A stretch of DNA of 64,000 bases, from positions 288,001-352,000 of the forward strand of contig JBHYGA010000004.1 in assembly GCA_051859245.1 (NCBI GenBank), read 5' to 3'. The notes beneath the pieces are model-generated. The model saw only the letters and a list, made by a program, of their open reading frames with translations. It was not told the DNA's origin and ran no database searches. This document shows positions 1 through 8,993 of this stretch, in pieces; within the stretch, counting starts at the first letter, position 1, and each line of letters starts with the position of its first letter. This DNA comes from Gemmatimonadaceae bacterium. Lineage in GTDB: Bacteria > Gemmatimonadota > Gemmatimonadetes > Gemmatimonadales > Gemmatimonadaceae. A program made the position numbers and the translations under genes.

Positions 1-794
1 AACAACTCGTGCTGCGCAAAGCCGGCATGACGCAGTCGACGTTCAAACCGCTGCAGGCGATGACCGTTGACTTCTCGCAGGGCCATGTTGGCGCGCCTGC
101 AAACGCCGCTACAGTTGTGCGCCCGTTCACCGAGAACACGGCGCAGTGGGCCGCAGGATTTTTGTTCTCGAACACCACGGAGTTTGCGCGCTTCACCATG
201 ATGCTCATGAACGGCGGGTTGCTCGACGGCACACGCGTACTGTCGGCCGACGCGGTGCAGAAGATGACCACCGGTCACCAGACCATGCCGGGCAACGCCA
301 CATCCAGGTACGCCTACGGACTCACGGTGGGCACACGCGGCACCGATCGCGTGTGGACGCACGGCGGCTCCATCAACGGATTTGACGCGAGCGTGGTCAT
401 GTTCCCCGATCGCAAACTGTCGGTCATTCTGTTTGACAATCGCGGCGGGAGTCCGATCAACGGCGTGATTGATCTGGTCGCAAAGGAAGTGGCCGGTATC
501 ACGCCGCCTGCAGCGCCCGATGTTCCCGCCGAGCGTGTACCTACCGCGGCCGAGCGTGCGCTGGTGGTGGGCACGTTCAAGCAGGGCAACGTTTTCATCA
601 CGCTCTTCGAAGAGAACGGAGCGCTCAAGTTCCGACAGGGTGCCGGCGTACTGCCCGTTGCGCTCGCCGGTGAAGAGCGCATTGTCATGATGCCACCCGT
701 TGGCGAAAAAATCTCGCTGATCGTGGTGCGCGGCGCTGACGGACGCGTGGAGTATGTGCACCAGAGCCTGCGTTCGCTGGCGCGTCAACCGTAA
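1..794 (+). CDS. Serine hydrolase / beta-lactamase-family protein, 5' truncated by the window edge
   Basis: C-terminal half motifs AAGFLFS..EFARF, YAYGL and HGGSINGF; frame open to the window start. Confidence 0.8.
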   Translation, partial: QLVLRKAGMTQSTFKPLQAMTVDFSQGHVGAPANAATVVRPFTENTAQWAAGFLFSNTTEFARFTMMLMNGGLLDGTRVLSADAVQKMTTGHQTMPGNATSRYAYGLTVGTRGTDRVWTHGGSINGFDASVVMFPDRKLSVILFDNRGGSPINGVIDLVAKEVAGITPPAAPDVPAERVPTAAERALVVGTFKQGNVFITLFEENGALKFRQGAGVLPVALAGEERIVMMPPVGEKISLIVVRGADGRVEYVHQSLRSLARQP

Positions 795-801
795 GCACAC
801 C

Positions 802-1539
802 ATGCACGTCTTCTACGATACGCTCGCCCCGTGGTGGCCACTCATTTCGCCGGTCACCGAGTACGAAGGCGAAATGCACGCGTTCATCCAGCTCATCAAT
901 GTGTATGCGCCCAACGCACGCACGATGCTCGAACTCGGCAGCGGTGGTGGACACAACGCGCATTTTCTCAAGCAGCGCTACCAGATGACGCTCACCGATC
1001 TGAACGAGTCCATGCTGGCGCAGTCGCAGCAGCTCAACCCGGAGTGCGAACACGTCGTGGGCGACATGCGTACGCTCGCGCTGCATCGCGAGTTCGACGT
1101 GGTGTTTGTGCATGACGCGATCGACTACATGATCAGCGAGTCCGATCTCGCGCGCACATTTCGCACCGCCTACCAGCATCTGCGCAACGGCGGTGTGCTG
1201 GTGTGCGTGCCCGATCATGTGCGCGAGCGGTTCGAACCCGGTACTGATTGGGGCGGCAGTGACAGCCCGGACGGTCGCTCCATTCGCTTTCTCGAATGGA
1301 CGCCGGCGATCGATCGCCACGCCACCGTTGGCGTCACGCTCTACAGCTTTCTCGCCATTGACCACGAAGGCAAAGTGTTCAACTTCGCCGAAGACCACCG
1401 GTTTGGCGTATTTCCCGAAGCCACCTGGGTATCGCTGCTCACGTCCGAGGGATTCCGCGTTGACGTAGTCGACGAACCCGGTGTGGAAGACGATCGCACG
1501 CCACGACGCGTGTTTGTGGCAACCAAGGGTGGCGCGTAG
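802..1539 (+). CDS. Class I SAM-dependent methyltransferase
   Basis: LELGSGGG motif I, GDMRTL, FDVVFVHDAIDY; ATG at 802, 7 nt after the upstream stop. Confidence 0.85.
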   Translation: MHVFYDTLAPWWPLISPVTEYEGEMHAFIQLINVYAPNARTMLELGSGGGHNAHFLKQRYQMTLTDLNESMLAQSQQLNPECEHVVGDMRTLALHREFDVVFVHDAIDYMISESDLARTFRTAYQHLRNGGVLVCVPDHVRERFEPGTDWGGSDSPDGRSIRFLEWTPAIDRHATVGVTLYSFLAIDHEGKVFNFAEDHRFGVFPEATWVSLLTSEGFRVDVVDEPGVEDDRTPRRVFVATKGGA

Positions 1540-1585
1540 CAAGGGCTTGAGCGCGCCGCAGCGCCTGCCTGGGACCGAGTTGACG

Positions 1586-2332
1586 TCAAGCCCGTGCCGA
1601 GGATTCCACGACCGCGCGTAACGCGCGCGCTTCGGACCACACGTCGTGCAGCGCACCAACAGGCAGCACGGCGCCTCCGGAGATCTGCGGCGCTGCGTTG
1701 CCGAGCAGCGCCCCGCGACCCCGCTCCACATCATCCGGATCACCCAGCCCCGCCGAACGATGCGTGCGCAAAATCTCGAGAATCAGCGCGCGTATTTCGA
1801 GCGGATTCGAAAGGCCGCGCAATCGAGCACGATGTGCGGCGCCCGCCGTTTCGGCCGATCCACCACCTGCCGTTTCCACTTCCACATTCGAAAATCCAAA
1901 CCAGCGTTCCAGCGGACCCTGACTCACCCGCACATTCTGCGCGTTTGCAAACGTGATCGTGATCTCCTGCACATTCCACACGCCTTCGCGAATGAGCAAA
2001 CTGCGATCGGTAATTACGTACCAGCGCATTTCGTAATCGAGACGCATGGTCACGTACAGCACCGCCGCTTTACCAATCGCAATTAGGACCAGCGGAATCA
2101 CCAGCCACAACAAGCGTGCATCGATCGACAGCATCGTACCGCTCGCGATCACGACGCCCAAGCCCCACGCCGCCGCGTACAGGCGCCATTCGAACATGCG
2201 CAGATGCAGAAATCCCGGCGCCGCGCGTTCAATGCGCAGGCGTTCGTAGGGTTCATGCCCGGCGGGCGGGTGTGGCTCGCTGTCTTCGACACGAAGCCAC
2301 GGCAGGATCAGTTTCTTGAGCCACTCATACAT
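1586..2332 (-). CDS. Membrane protein with bacterial PH (bPH_2, YdbS-like) domain
   Basis: Two TM helices, then YVITDRSLLIREG..QNVRVSQGPLERWFG..VETAGG; start overlaps the upstream stop. Confidence 0.8.
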   Translation of the reverse strand: MYEWLKKLILPWLRVEDSEPHPPAGHEPYERLRIERAAPGFLHLRMFEWRLYAAAWGLGVVIASGTMLSIDARLLWLVIPLVLIAIGKAAVLYVTMRLDYEMRWYVITDRSLLIREGVWNVQEITITFANAQNVRVSQGPLERWFGFSNVEVETAGGGSAETAGAAHRARLRGLSNPLEIRALILEILRTHRSAGLGDPDDVERGRGALLGNAAPQISGGAVLPVGALHDVWSEARALRAVVESSARA

Positions 2333-2987
2333 CGCGTACGACCGGCGTTGGTGGGTGAACACCACGCGCGCCCGCGTCATGCGCAGTCGCGTCACGCGCA
2401 CTCGCACCATTGCCGCCATTCGCGCCCGCACGTTGCGACTCCAGCAACTCACGCACCGCGCGGAGTTCGTCGCGAATGCCCGTGAGTGCTGCGACCGCCT
2501 GCGCGTCCGTTCCCTCCGCGAGCATCGTCGTCACGTCACCGCCAGACACCGCCGCACTCGGCTTCGCACCGCGATGTCCACGCATGCGCGCGTACAAATA
2601 ATTGCGCACATCCTGATATTGCGTGAGACCGAGAATCGACTCCGTGGCCGCTGCACTGCCCGACGCCGTTTGAATCTTCACGGTGCCAATGCCGAGCCAC
2701 CGTTCGAAGATGTTGCGCGTGACGTGAATGTCCTGAATGCGCGCGTACGTGAGGTAGGTTTCGCGGCGCCAGATCAGTCCGTAGCTCACACTCACACCAT
2801 CGTCGTCAAACCGATAGCGCAGCGTTTTGTACCTGAAGTACATCGGCAGGATCACAAACGGCAGCGCCACATTCGACAGCACGCTGTAGATGATGAACAG
2901 CGTCCATAGCTGCGGATCAGGCGTCGTGATGGCCTGCACACGCGCTGCGTCGACAGGGGCGAGGTGAGCGTCGGTGTGTTCGTTCAT
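2325..2987 (-). CDS. Membrane protein with bacterial PH (bPH_2) domain
   Basis: RYRFDDDGVSVSYGLIWRRE..YARIQDIHVTRNIFERWLGIGTVKIQTAS. Confidence 0.8.
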   Translation of the reverse strand: MNEHTDAHLAPVDAARVQAITTPDPQLWTLFIIYSVLSNVALPFVILPMYFRYKTLRYRFDDDGVSVSYGLIWRRETYLTYARIQDIHVTRNIFERWLGIGTVKIQTASGSAAATESILGLTQYQDVRNYLYARMRGHRGAKPSAAVSGGDVTTMLAEGTDAQAVAALTGIRDELRAVRELLESQRAGANGGNGASARDATAHDAGARGVHPPTPVVRDV

Positions 2988-2994
2988 GCTCGTA

Positions 2995-3279
2995 CTACTC
3001 GCCCTGCGCAAACACCCGCAGCCACTCCGGCCAGTTGCCGCTCAGTTCGAAGAAGTCGTCGAAGTACACCAGCCCCGCGTCCTCGAGCGCGTCGATCAGC
3101 GCGCTCACACTGTCCTCACCCACCAGCGGGCCCACCGCAATGAGCGGCCCCTCCACACGGAATTCTTCGTCGGTCAGGTTGAGCACGTCGTCAAACTGCT
3201 GACGCGTGAGTTCGGCGCGCTCAAACGCACTCTTGCGAATGAGCAGCGTGGGCGCGGTACCATCGAGGCGTAGGGGCAT
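2995..3279 (-). CDS. Small acidic hypothetical protein (94 aa)
   Basis: Protein-like composition from MPLRLDG to WLRVFAQGE; first gene of the PH-domain operon. Confidence 0.65.
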   Translation of the reverse strand: MPLRLDGTAPTLLIRKSAFERAELTRQQFDDVLNLTDEEFRVEGPLIAVGPLVGEDSVSALIDALEDAGLVYFDDFFELSGNWPEWLRVFAQGE

Positions 3280-3324
3280 GGGCGAAAGATACGCGCGTGG
3301 GCTGCGGGAGATGCAGACGCGGGC

Positions 3325-3405
3325 GGGCGCCCACACGAGGTCGTCGTGATGCAGTGCCGGCGTTTCCTGCCCGGGCCGCCAGCATTCAATCACTCGCGCA
3401 TTCGG
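3325..3405 (-). pseudogene. Possible C-terminal remnant of a Uma2-family endonuclease
   Basis: Translates NARVIECWRPGQETPALHHDDLVWAPA, which resembles Uma2 C-termini from memory. Confidence 0.35.
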
Positions 3406-3500
3406 ACGTCCCTCATCAGCATCCCGCACCGTCGCTTCAGTTGTCCGCCAGCGTCGGCTTTGCACCGCGGCAAGCGAGCCAACCGCGCTAGTTTTCAGAT

Positions 3501-5420
3501 ATGCCACATTCGCCCCACCCCGAAGCCACTTTCGACGTGCTCGTTGTCGGCGCAGGCCACGCCGGTACCGAAGCCGCCGTGGCCGCCGCCCGCGCGGGTG
3601 CCTCCGTCGGGCTGGTCACGAGCGCACTCGAAACCATCGGTCAGATGTCCTGCAACCCGGCCATTGGCGGCGTGGCCAAAGGCACCGTGGTCCGCGAGGT
3701 CGACGCGCTCGGTGGCCTGATGGGCCGCGCGACTGATCTGGCCATGCTGCAGTTCCGCATGCTCAACCAGGGCAAGGGTCCGGCCGTGTGGGCCCCGCGC
3801 GCGCAGTGCGACCGCGGGCTGTATCGACGGGCCGTGCGCACGCTGCTCGAAGAACATGCGGGCATCCATACCATCCAAGGCACAGTCGCTCGGCTCATGC
3901 TAGACGGGGACCGCGTCACGGGGCTTGAGACGCTTGAGGGTCGGCGTTTTGCCGCGCGCGCGGTGGTGCTGACCACGGGCACCTTCGGTCGCGGCAAACT
4001 GCACATCGGCACGAGCACCCAGATCGCCGGCGGACGGGCGGGCGAGGGCGCCAACGCCCAACTCGGCGAGCAGCTCGACGCGGCGGGGCTGGAAACGCTG
4101 CGATTCAAAACGGGTACGCCGCCACGCATTGACGGACGTTCGGTGGACTATACCGATCTCGTGGTGCAGCCCAGTGAGGTGGAAGAACACGATTGGTCGT
4201 GGTCGCACTTCTGGAGCACGCCGCGCCGCAGCGGTGAGCGCACACGACATCCCGAGCAGATGCCGTGCTGGATCACGTATCTCGAGGCGCCCGGCAAATC
4301 GATCATTGAAGCGCACATCAATGAGTCGGCCATGTACGGCGGCGCAATTGCATCGCAGGGCCCGCGATACTGCCCGAGTGTTGAAGACAAAGTGGTGAAG
4401 TTTCCGCACGCGGAACGTCATCAACTTTTTCTTGAACCGGAAGGCCACGATACGCGCGAACTGTACGTGAACGGCTTGTCGACCTCGCTGCCGTCAACCG
4501 TACAACTCGAAGTGTTGCGTTCAATTGATGGGCTGCATGACGTGCGCGTGACACGCGCCGGTTACGCCATTGAGTACGACTATTATCCGCCTACGCAGCT
4601 CGACAGCACACTGCAGTCACGCGCGATTGCCGGGCTCTGGTTTGCAGGGCAAGTGAATGGCACCACCGGCTATGAAGAAGCGGCGGGACAGGGTGTCGTC
4701 GCTGGCATCAACGCGGCGCGTTGGGTGCATGAACGTGAACCGTTTGTTCTCGGTCGCGAGACGAGTTACATCGGTGTCCTCGTTGACGATCTCGTCACAC
4801 GTGGTGTGGACGAACCGTATCGCTTGTTCACGTCACGCAGCGAGTTTCGTTTGACGGTGCGACAGGACAACGCGCTCTCGCGACTGTCGGCACTTGGTGA
4901 AGCGGCGCATTTGTACAACGACGCGGAACGCGCATTGATCGACGCGCGCCTGGGCGCCGAGCAGGAGGCGATTCGCATCGCCGAGAATACGAGCATCACG
5001 CCGGCGCAAGCAGATCATTTGTTGGTGGGCACGGGCACGGCGCCGCTCACGCACGCGATTCGCATTGCGGAAGTCGCGAAACGACAAGGTGTGTCTTTGG
5101 CGGCGCTCTTTGCCGCGGCTGGCGTTGCCACAACACTGCCTGGTGATGCCGTTGTGACGGCCGAACTGGAACTCAAATACGCGGGGTATTTCCTGCGTGA
5201 GCGTCGCGCGGCGCATCGGCTGGCGTCGATGGGTGAGACGGTGTTGCCCGAGTCGCTGGAGTACGCGTCGCTGCTCACCCTGAGCACGGAGGCTCGGCAG
5301 AAGCTGGCGAGCCGTCGGCCGGGGACGCTGGCGCAGGCGGCGAGCATTCCCGGGATCAGTCCGGCGGATTTGCAGAGCCTGGTGTTTGAGCTGTCGCGCC
5401 TGAGACGGGTGCCGGAGTAG
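3501..5420 (+). CDS. mnmG: tRNA uridine-5-carboxymethylaminomethyl modification enzyme MnmG (GidA)
   Basis: GAGHAGTEAA, MSCNPAIGG, FKTGTPPRI, GPRYCPSVEDK, AGQVNGTTGYEEAA. Confidence 0.98.
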   Translation: MPHSPHPEATFDVLVVGAGHAGTEAAVAAARAGASVGLVTSALETIGQMSCNPAIGGVAKGTVVREVDALGGLMGRATDLAMLQFRMLNQGKGPAVWAPRAQCDRGLYRRAVRTLLEEHAGIHTIQGTVARLMLDGDRVTGLETLEGRRFAARAVVLTTGTFGRGKLHIGTSTQIAGGRAGEGANAQLGEQLDAAGLETLRFKTGTPPRIDGRSVDYTDLVVQPSEVEEHDWSWSHFWSTPRRSGERTRHPEQMPCWITYLEAPGKSIIEAHINESAMYGGAIASQGPRYCPSVEDKVVKFPHAERHQLFLEPEGHDTRELYVNGLSTSLPSTVQLEVLRSIDGLHDVRVTRAGYAIEYDYYPPTQLDSTLQSRAIAGLWFAGQVNGTTGYEEAAGQGVVAGINAARWVHEREPFVLGRETSYIGVLVDDLVTRGVDEPYRLFTSRSEFRLTVRQDNALSRLSALGEAAHLYNDAERALIDARLGAEQEAIRIAENTSITPAQADHLLVGTGTAPLTHAIRIAEVAKRQGVSLAALFAAAGVATTLPGDAVVTAELELKYAGYFLRERRAAHRLASMGETVLPESLEYASLLTLSTEARQKLASRRPGTLAQAASIPGISPADLQSLVFELSRLRRVPE

Positions 5421-5515
5421 CGCCTGCTGGTTGGCGCAACGGTGGCCGTGCTGTCGCAGGAATAGCGCGTGGCGTTTGGCGCGACGGTTGTCGTGAGTGC
5501 CGACGCGATCCCTGA

Positions 5516-5749
5516 TGCTTGGGGCGGAGGTTGTCTCGGATGCAGGTGGAGGGGACGGGAAGGCGCGAAAAGCGCGAACAACGCGAAGAAACTCGAAAGA
5601 ATGTGTGCGAACAAAAGCCGAATATTCAGGTCATAAATACCGCATCATAATAACATCATTGCGCCAATTATTTGCTTTTGCTCTTCTTCGCGCTTTTCGC
5701 GCCGTCCCGTGCCCTCCACCCGCACCAAAGACAACCTCCTCCCAAAGCA
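5516..5749. repeat. Long imperfect inverted repeat (about 63-bp arms, AT-rich spacer), REP/MITE-like
   Basis: 5516-5578 matches the reverse complement of 5687-5749 with about 8 mismatches; GCGCGAAnn 9-nt units. Confidence 0.85.
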
Positions 5750-5841
5750 CGCACCAACCACGTCCTCGATGTGCAACGGCGCCGCATCGCAACGTCTCCA
5801 CAAGTGTAGATCTTCTCGACACCCAACCCCGGACCAAACTC

Positions 5842-6570
5842 ATGAAGACTAAATCGTTCGCCCGCGCCTCCGCCCTGCTGGCCGCCGTAACCCTCGCCTC
5901 GACGGTCGCCGCGCAGGACTCCAACCAGCGTCCGCTGCCGCAGGTCGTGATCACCGCCAACGGCGAAGTCCAGGTCACGCCAGACCGCGCCCGCATCTCA
6001 CTAGGAGTGGACAGTGAAGCCAAGACCGCCCAGGAGGCGTCGCAGCTCAATGCCGCGGCGCAGACCAAAGTGATCGAGGCCATCCGCAAGGCCGGGATTC
6101 CCGCGGCCAGCATTCGCACCAGCGGCTACAACGTCTCGCCCGTTCAGGAGTACATCCCCGAGACACGCAAATGGCGCGTTGACGGCTATCGCGTGACCAA
6201 CATGGTCGTGGTGGTCGTAGAGCCCGTGGCCAATGCTGGCAAAGTGATCGACGCCGCCCTCGCCGCCGGCGCCAACCGCGTGGCCGGACTCAGCTTCGAG
6301 ATCAAAGACGCCACGTCAGCCCGTGAGCAGGCCATGACCGAGGCCGTGAAGCGTGCGCGCCGCGAAGCCGAACTCGTGGCCCGGGCCGCCGGCGGTGAGA
6401 TCGTCGGCCTGATCGAAGTCATGGTCAACTCCTACGAACAGCCCCAGCCTCGCCCGATGTACGAGATGCAGGCCATGCGCGCGGACGCCGCCAGCACCCC
6501 CGTGAGTGAGGGCACGCAGCCCGTGACTGTGAATGTGACCACGCGCTGGGAGTATAAGACGCGCCGTTAG
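5842..6570 (+). CDS. SIMPL (DUF541/YggE) domain periplasmic protein
   Basis: Signal peptide; GEVQVTPDRA, ALAAGANRVAGLSF, AREQAMTEAV..AR. Confidence 0.9.
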   Translation: MKTKSFARASALLAAVTLASTVAAQDSNQRPLPQVVITANGEVQVTPDRARISLGVDSEAKTAQEASQLNAAAQTKVIEAIRKAGIPAASIRTSGYNVSPVQEYIPETRKWRVDGYRVTNMVVVVVEPVANAGKVIDAALAAGANRVAGLSFEIKDATSAREQAMTEAVKRARREAELVARAAGGEIVGLIEVMVNSYEQPQPRPMYEMQAMRADAASTPVSEGTQPVTVNVTTRWEYKTRR

Positions 6571-6596
6571 CACCAGCTCGCGCTCCCTGCCCAAAA

Positions 6597-6634
6597 GAAA
6601 CGGGGCCGACCACCACCATGGTCGGCCCCGTTTC
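6597..6634. terminator. Intrinsic terminator hairpin, possibly bidirectional
   Basis: 16-bp stem GAAACGGGGCCGACCA / TGGTCGGCCCCGTTTC with an A-tract on the left. Confidence 0.7.
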
Positions 6635-6644
6635 ACGTGAAACC
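6629..6644. other. parS: parS centromere site (near consensus)
   Basis: cGTTTCACGTGAAACc, 14/16 match to TGTTTCACGTGAAACA. Confidence 0.75.
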
Positions 6645-6652
6645 ACGCCAAA

Positions 6653-6810
6653 AAACAGCATCTACCACGGAGGCGCGGAGGCACAGAGACGGCATGACGA
6701 AGTCACGCAGCGCCTCTCACAAAAGTAGAGAGTGCACTTACGGAATCCGCCTCGTTCTCGCCCAAGCATGCTGTCCTCCGTGCCTCCGCGCCTCCGTGGT
6801 AAACGCTGTT
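6653..6810. repeat. Inverted-repeat element with CACGGAGG-type 8-nt units
   Basis: AACAGCATCTACCACGGAGGCGCGGAGGCACAGAG ... CTCCGTGCCTCCGCGCCTCCGTGGTAAACGCTGTT. Confidence 0.85.
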
Positions 6811-6855
6811 GCAGTTCCCCCAAGGTCGCCGGCCTCCTCGCGTTTGCGGTTGCTC

Positions 6856-6997
6856 TTCTTTGTGTCCTTCGTGCTTTCGTGTCCTTCCCGCCGCAGTTCC
6901 CCCAGCACTAGGCGCACCTCGCCGATAGAACTCAGATGGTCTCGCCGGCGGGAGAACTACGGCGGGAAGGACACGAAAGCACGAAGGACACAAAGAA
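6856..6997. repeat. Inverted-repeat element, 44-bp arms, CACGAA-type units
   Basis: 6856-6899 versus 6954-6997, one mismatch. Confidence 0.9.
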
Positions 6998-7082
6998 CTG
7001 CAAAAAGACTTGCGGGAGCGAAGGCTCGAAGGCCCGATCGAACCCACGAGACACAAAGATCACATCTGAGCGCCGTCCACAC

Positions 7083-7098
7083 TGTTCCACGTGGAACA
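7083..7098. other. parS: parS centromere site (perfect palindrome)
   Basis: TGTTCCACGTGGAACA, about 105 bp upstream of parA. Confidence 0.93.
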
Positions 7099-7202
7099 TT
7101 CCGGCGCGAAAACGCCCCGGCCGGCAATGAAAAGCACCCCAACCCGCCCCCGGCACGTTATACTAGAAACGCACACTCTCCTCCCCGCACCCAGACCCAT
7201 CC

Positions 7203-7994
7203 GTGGCCCGTATCCTCGCAATCGCCAACCAGAAAGGCGGCGTCGGCAAGACCACTACCGCCGTCAATCTCGCGGCCTCCCTCGCCGTGGCTGAACAGCG
7301 CACCCTGCTGCTCGATGGCGACCCCCAAGGCAACGCCACCTCCGGCATGGGGCTCAATCGCGACGACATGGCCGGCGCCACAACCTACGAGCTGCTCCTG
7401 GGAGAGAAGACCGTGCACGAAGTGATCCGGCGCGGCGTCCAGTTCAAACACCTCGACGTCATCCCCGCCACGCCTGACCTGGCCGGTGCGGAAGTGGAGC
7501 TGGTCGACGCTGATGACCGCGCCATGCGCATGGCCCAGGCCCTCGAAGCCATCACGAACGACTACGACTATATCCTGCTCGACTGCCCGCCATCGCTCGG
7601 CTTGATCACCCTCAACATGCTCGCCGCCGCCGACGCGCTGATCATTCCGCTCCAGTGCGAGTATTACGCCCTCGAAGGACTGTCGCAGCTGCTCGGCACC
7701 GTGCAACGGGTCCAGGAACACCTGAACCCCAAGCTCGAAATCGGCGGTGTGCTGCTCACCATGTTCGACGCACGACTCAACCTCTCGCGCCAGGTCGTGG
7801 CCGACGCGCGCGAGCACTTTGGCGACCGGGTGTTCGATACCATCGTGCCCCGCAATATCCGCCTCGCCGAAGCCCCATCGTTCGGCAAACCGATCGTGGT
7901 GTACGACCTCTCCTCGATCGGAGCACAATCCTATATGAGCGTCGCTCGCGAGTTGCTCGAACGCGATCGGAAAGCCAGCGCACCAACGACCTGA
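7203..7994 (+). CDS. parA: Chromosome partitioning ATPase ParA/Soj
   Basis: NQKGGVGKTTT, DPQGNAT, DCPPSLG, QCEYYALEG, RLAEAPSFG. Confidence 0.97.
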   Translation: MARILAIANQKGGVGKTTTAVNLAASLAVAEQRTLLLDGDPQGNATSGMGLNRDDMAGATTYELLLGEKTVHEVIRRGVQFKHLDVIPATPDLAGAEVELVDADDRAMRMAQALEAITNDYDYILLDCPPSLGLITLNMLAAADALIIPLQCEYYALEGLSQLLGTVQRVQEHLNPKLEIGGVLLTMFDARLNLSRQVVADAREHFGDRVFDTIVPRNIRLAEAPSFGKPIVVYDLSSIGAQSYMSVARELLERDRKASAPTT

Positions 7995-8007
7995 TAGCGA
8001 CCCGACC

Positions 8008-8964
8008 ATGGCCACTCCCCCTCCCGAATCCGGACGACGCCTGGGCCGAGGCCTCGACGCCCTGATCGGCGCCCGAAAGCCTGCTCCAGCTGCGCAATCG
8101 ATCGCCACCGAACATTCACCGAAAACAGACGCGTCCGAACAAGGGGCACTGCGCGCCATTCCGATCGGCCAGATCCGCGCCAACCCCTTTCAGCCGCGCC
8201 AAGAGTTCAGGCCCGAACAGTTGGCAGATCTTGAAGCCAGCCTGAAGGTCAATGGCCTGCTCCAACCGATCACCGTGCGCCCCTCTCCCACGGGCTCCGG
8301 CTTCGAACTTATCGCCGGCGAACGACGCTACCGCGCCGCCACTCGGCTCGGCTGGACCGAAATACCAGCCCTGATCAAATCGGTTGACGACCGCGAAGCA
8401 CTCTCGCTCGCCCTCGTTGAAAACCTGCAGCGCGCCGACCTCGATCCTATAGAAGAGGCCGAGGGCTACCAGCGCCTGCAGCAGGAATTCAGCGCGACCC
8501 AGCAGCAGGTCGCTGACGCCGTGGGCAAAGACCGCTCCACGGTCGCTAACGCCTTGCGACTCCTCCAGCTCCCGGCCAGCGTGCGTCGCCTGTTGCAGGA
8601 AGGGCAGCTCACCACCGGCCACGCGCGTGCACTGCTCGGGCTCACGACCGAACGCGCCATGGCCGACCTCGCTCGCGACAGCGTGGCGCAGGGTATGTCC
8701 GTGCGCGAAGTCGAGCGACGCGTAAAAGCCGTTCGCCCCGCGCCCACCGGTGGTACGGCACCCAAAGCCAAACCAGCCGCGCCCCCCACCACCAGCGCCG
8801 CCGCCGCAGAAACGCGACGCCTGGAAGAGCTGCTCCGGCGTCGGTTGCAAACGCAGGTGCAAATTGCCGCCACCGGTCGGGATCAGGGCGAGCTCCGGAT
8901 TGCGTTCACTTCAAACGAAGATCTCGAGCGTCTGCTGGAGCTGATTGGCGTCTCCTTCGAGTAG
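8008..8964 (+). CDS. parB: Chromosome partitioning protein ParB/Spo0J
   Basis: LGRGLDAL, NPFQPR, IAGERRYRA, ENLQRADL, HTH GKDRSTVANALRLL. Confidence 0.97.
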   Translation: MATPPPESGRRLGRGLDALIGARKPAPAAQSIATEHSPKTDASEQGALRAIPIGQIRANPFQPRQEFRPEQLADLEASLKVNGLLQPITVRPSPTGSGFELIAGERRYRAATRLGWTEIPALIKSVDDREALSLALVENLQRADLDPIEEAEGYQRLQQEFSATQQQVADAVGKDRSTVANALRLLQLPASVRRLLQEGQLTTGHARALLGLTTERAMADLARDSVAQGMSVREVERRVKAVRPAPTGGTAPKAKPAAPPTTSAAAAETRRLEELLRRRLQTQVQIAATGRDQGELRIAFTSNEDLERLLELIGVSFE

Positions 8965-8993
8965 CCGATTTTAACGACATAACACAACCATAA

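Noticed and set aside
5516..7000. CRISPR array
   Set aside because: Repeats are inverted and non-identical, with no regular repeat-spacer period and no cas genes
5497..7425. N-terminal extension of the SIMPL ORF (5497-5841) and ORF 6637-7425
   Set aside because: They read through repeat elements and parS; low-complexity Arg-rich products
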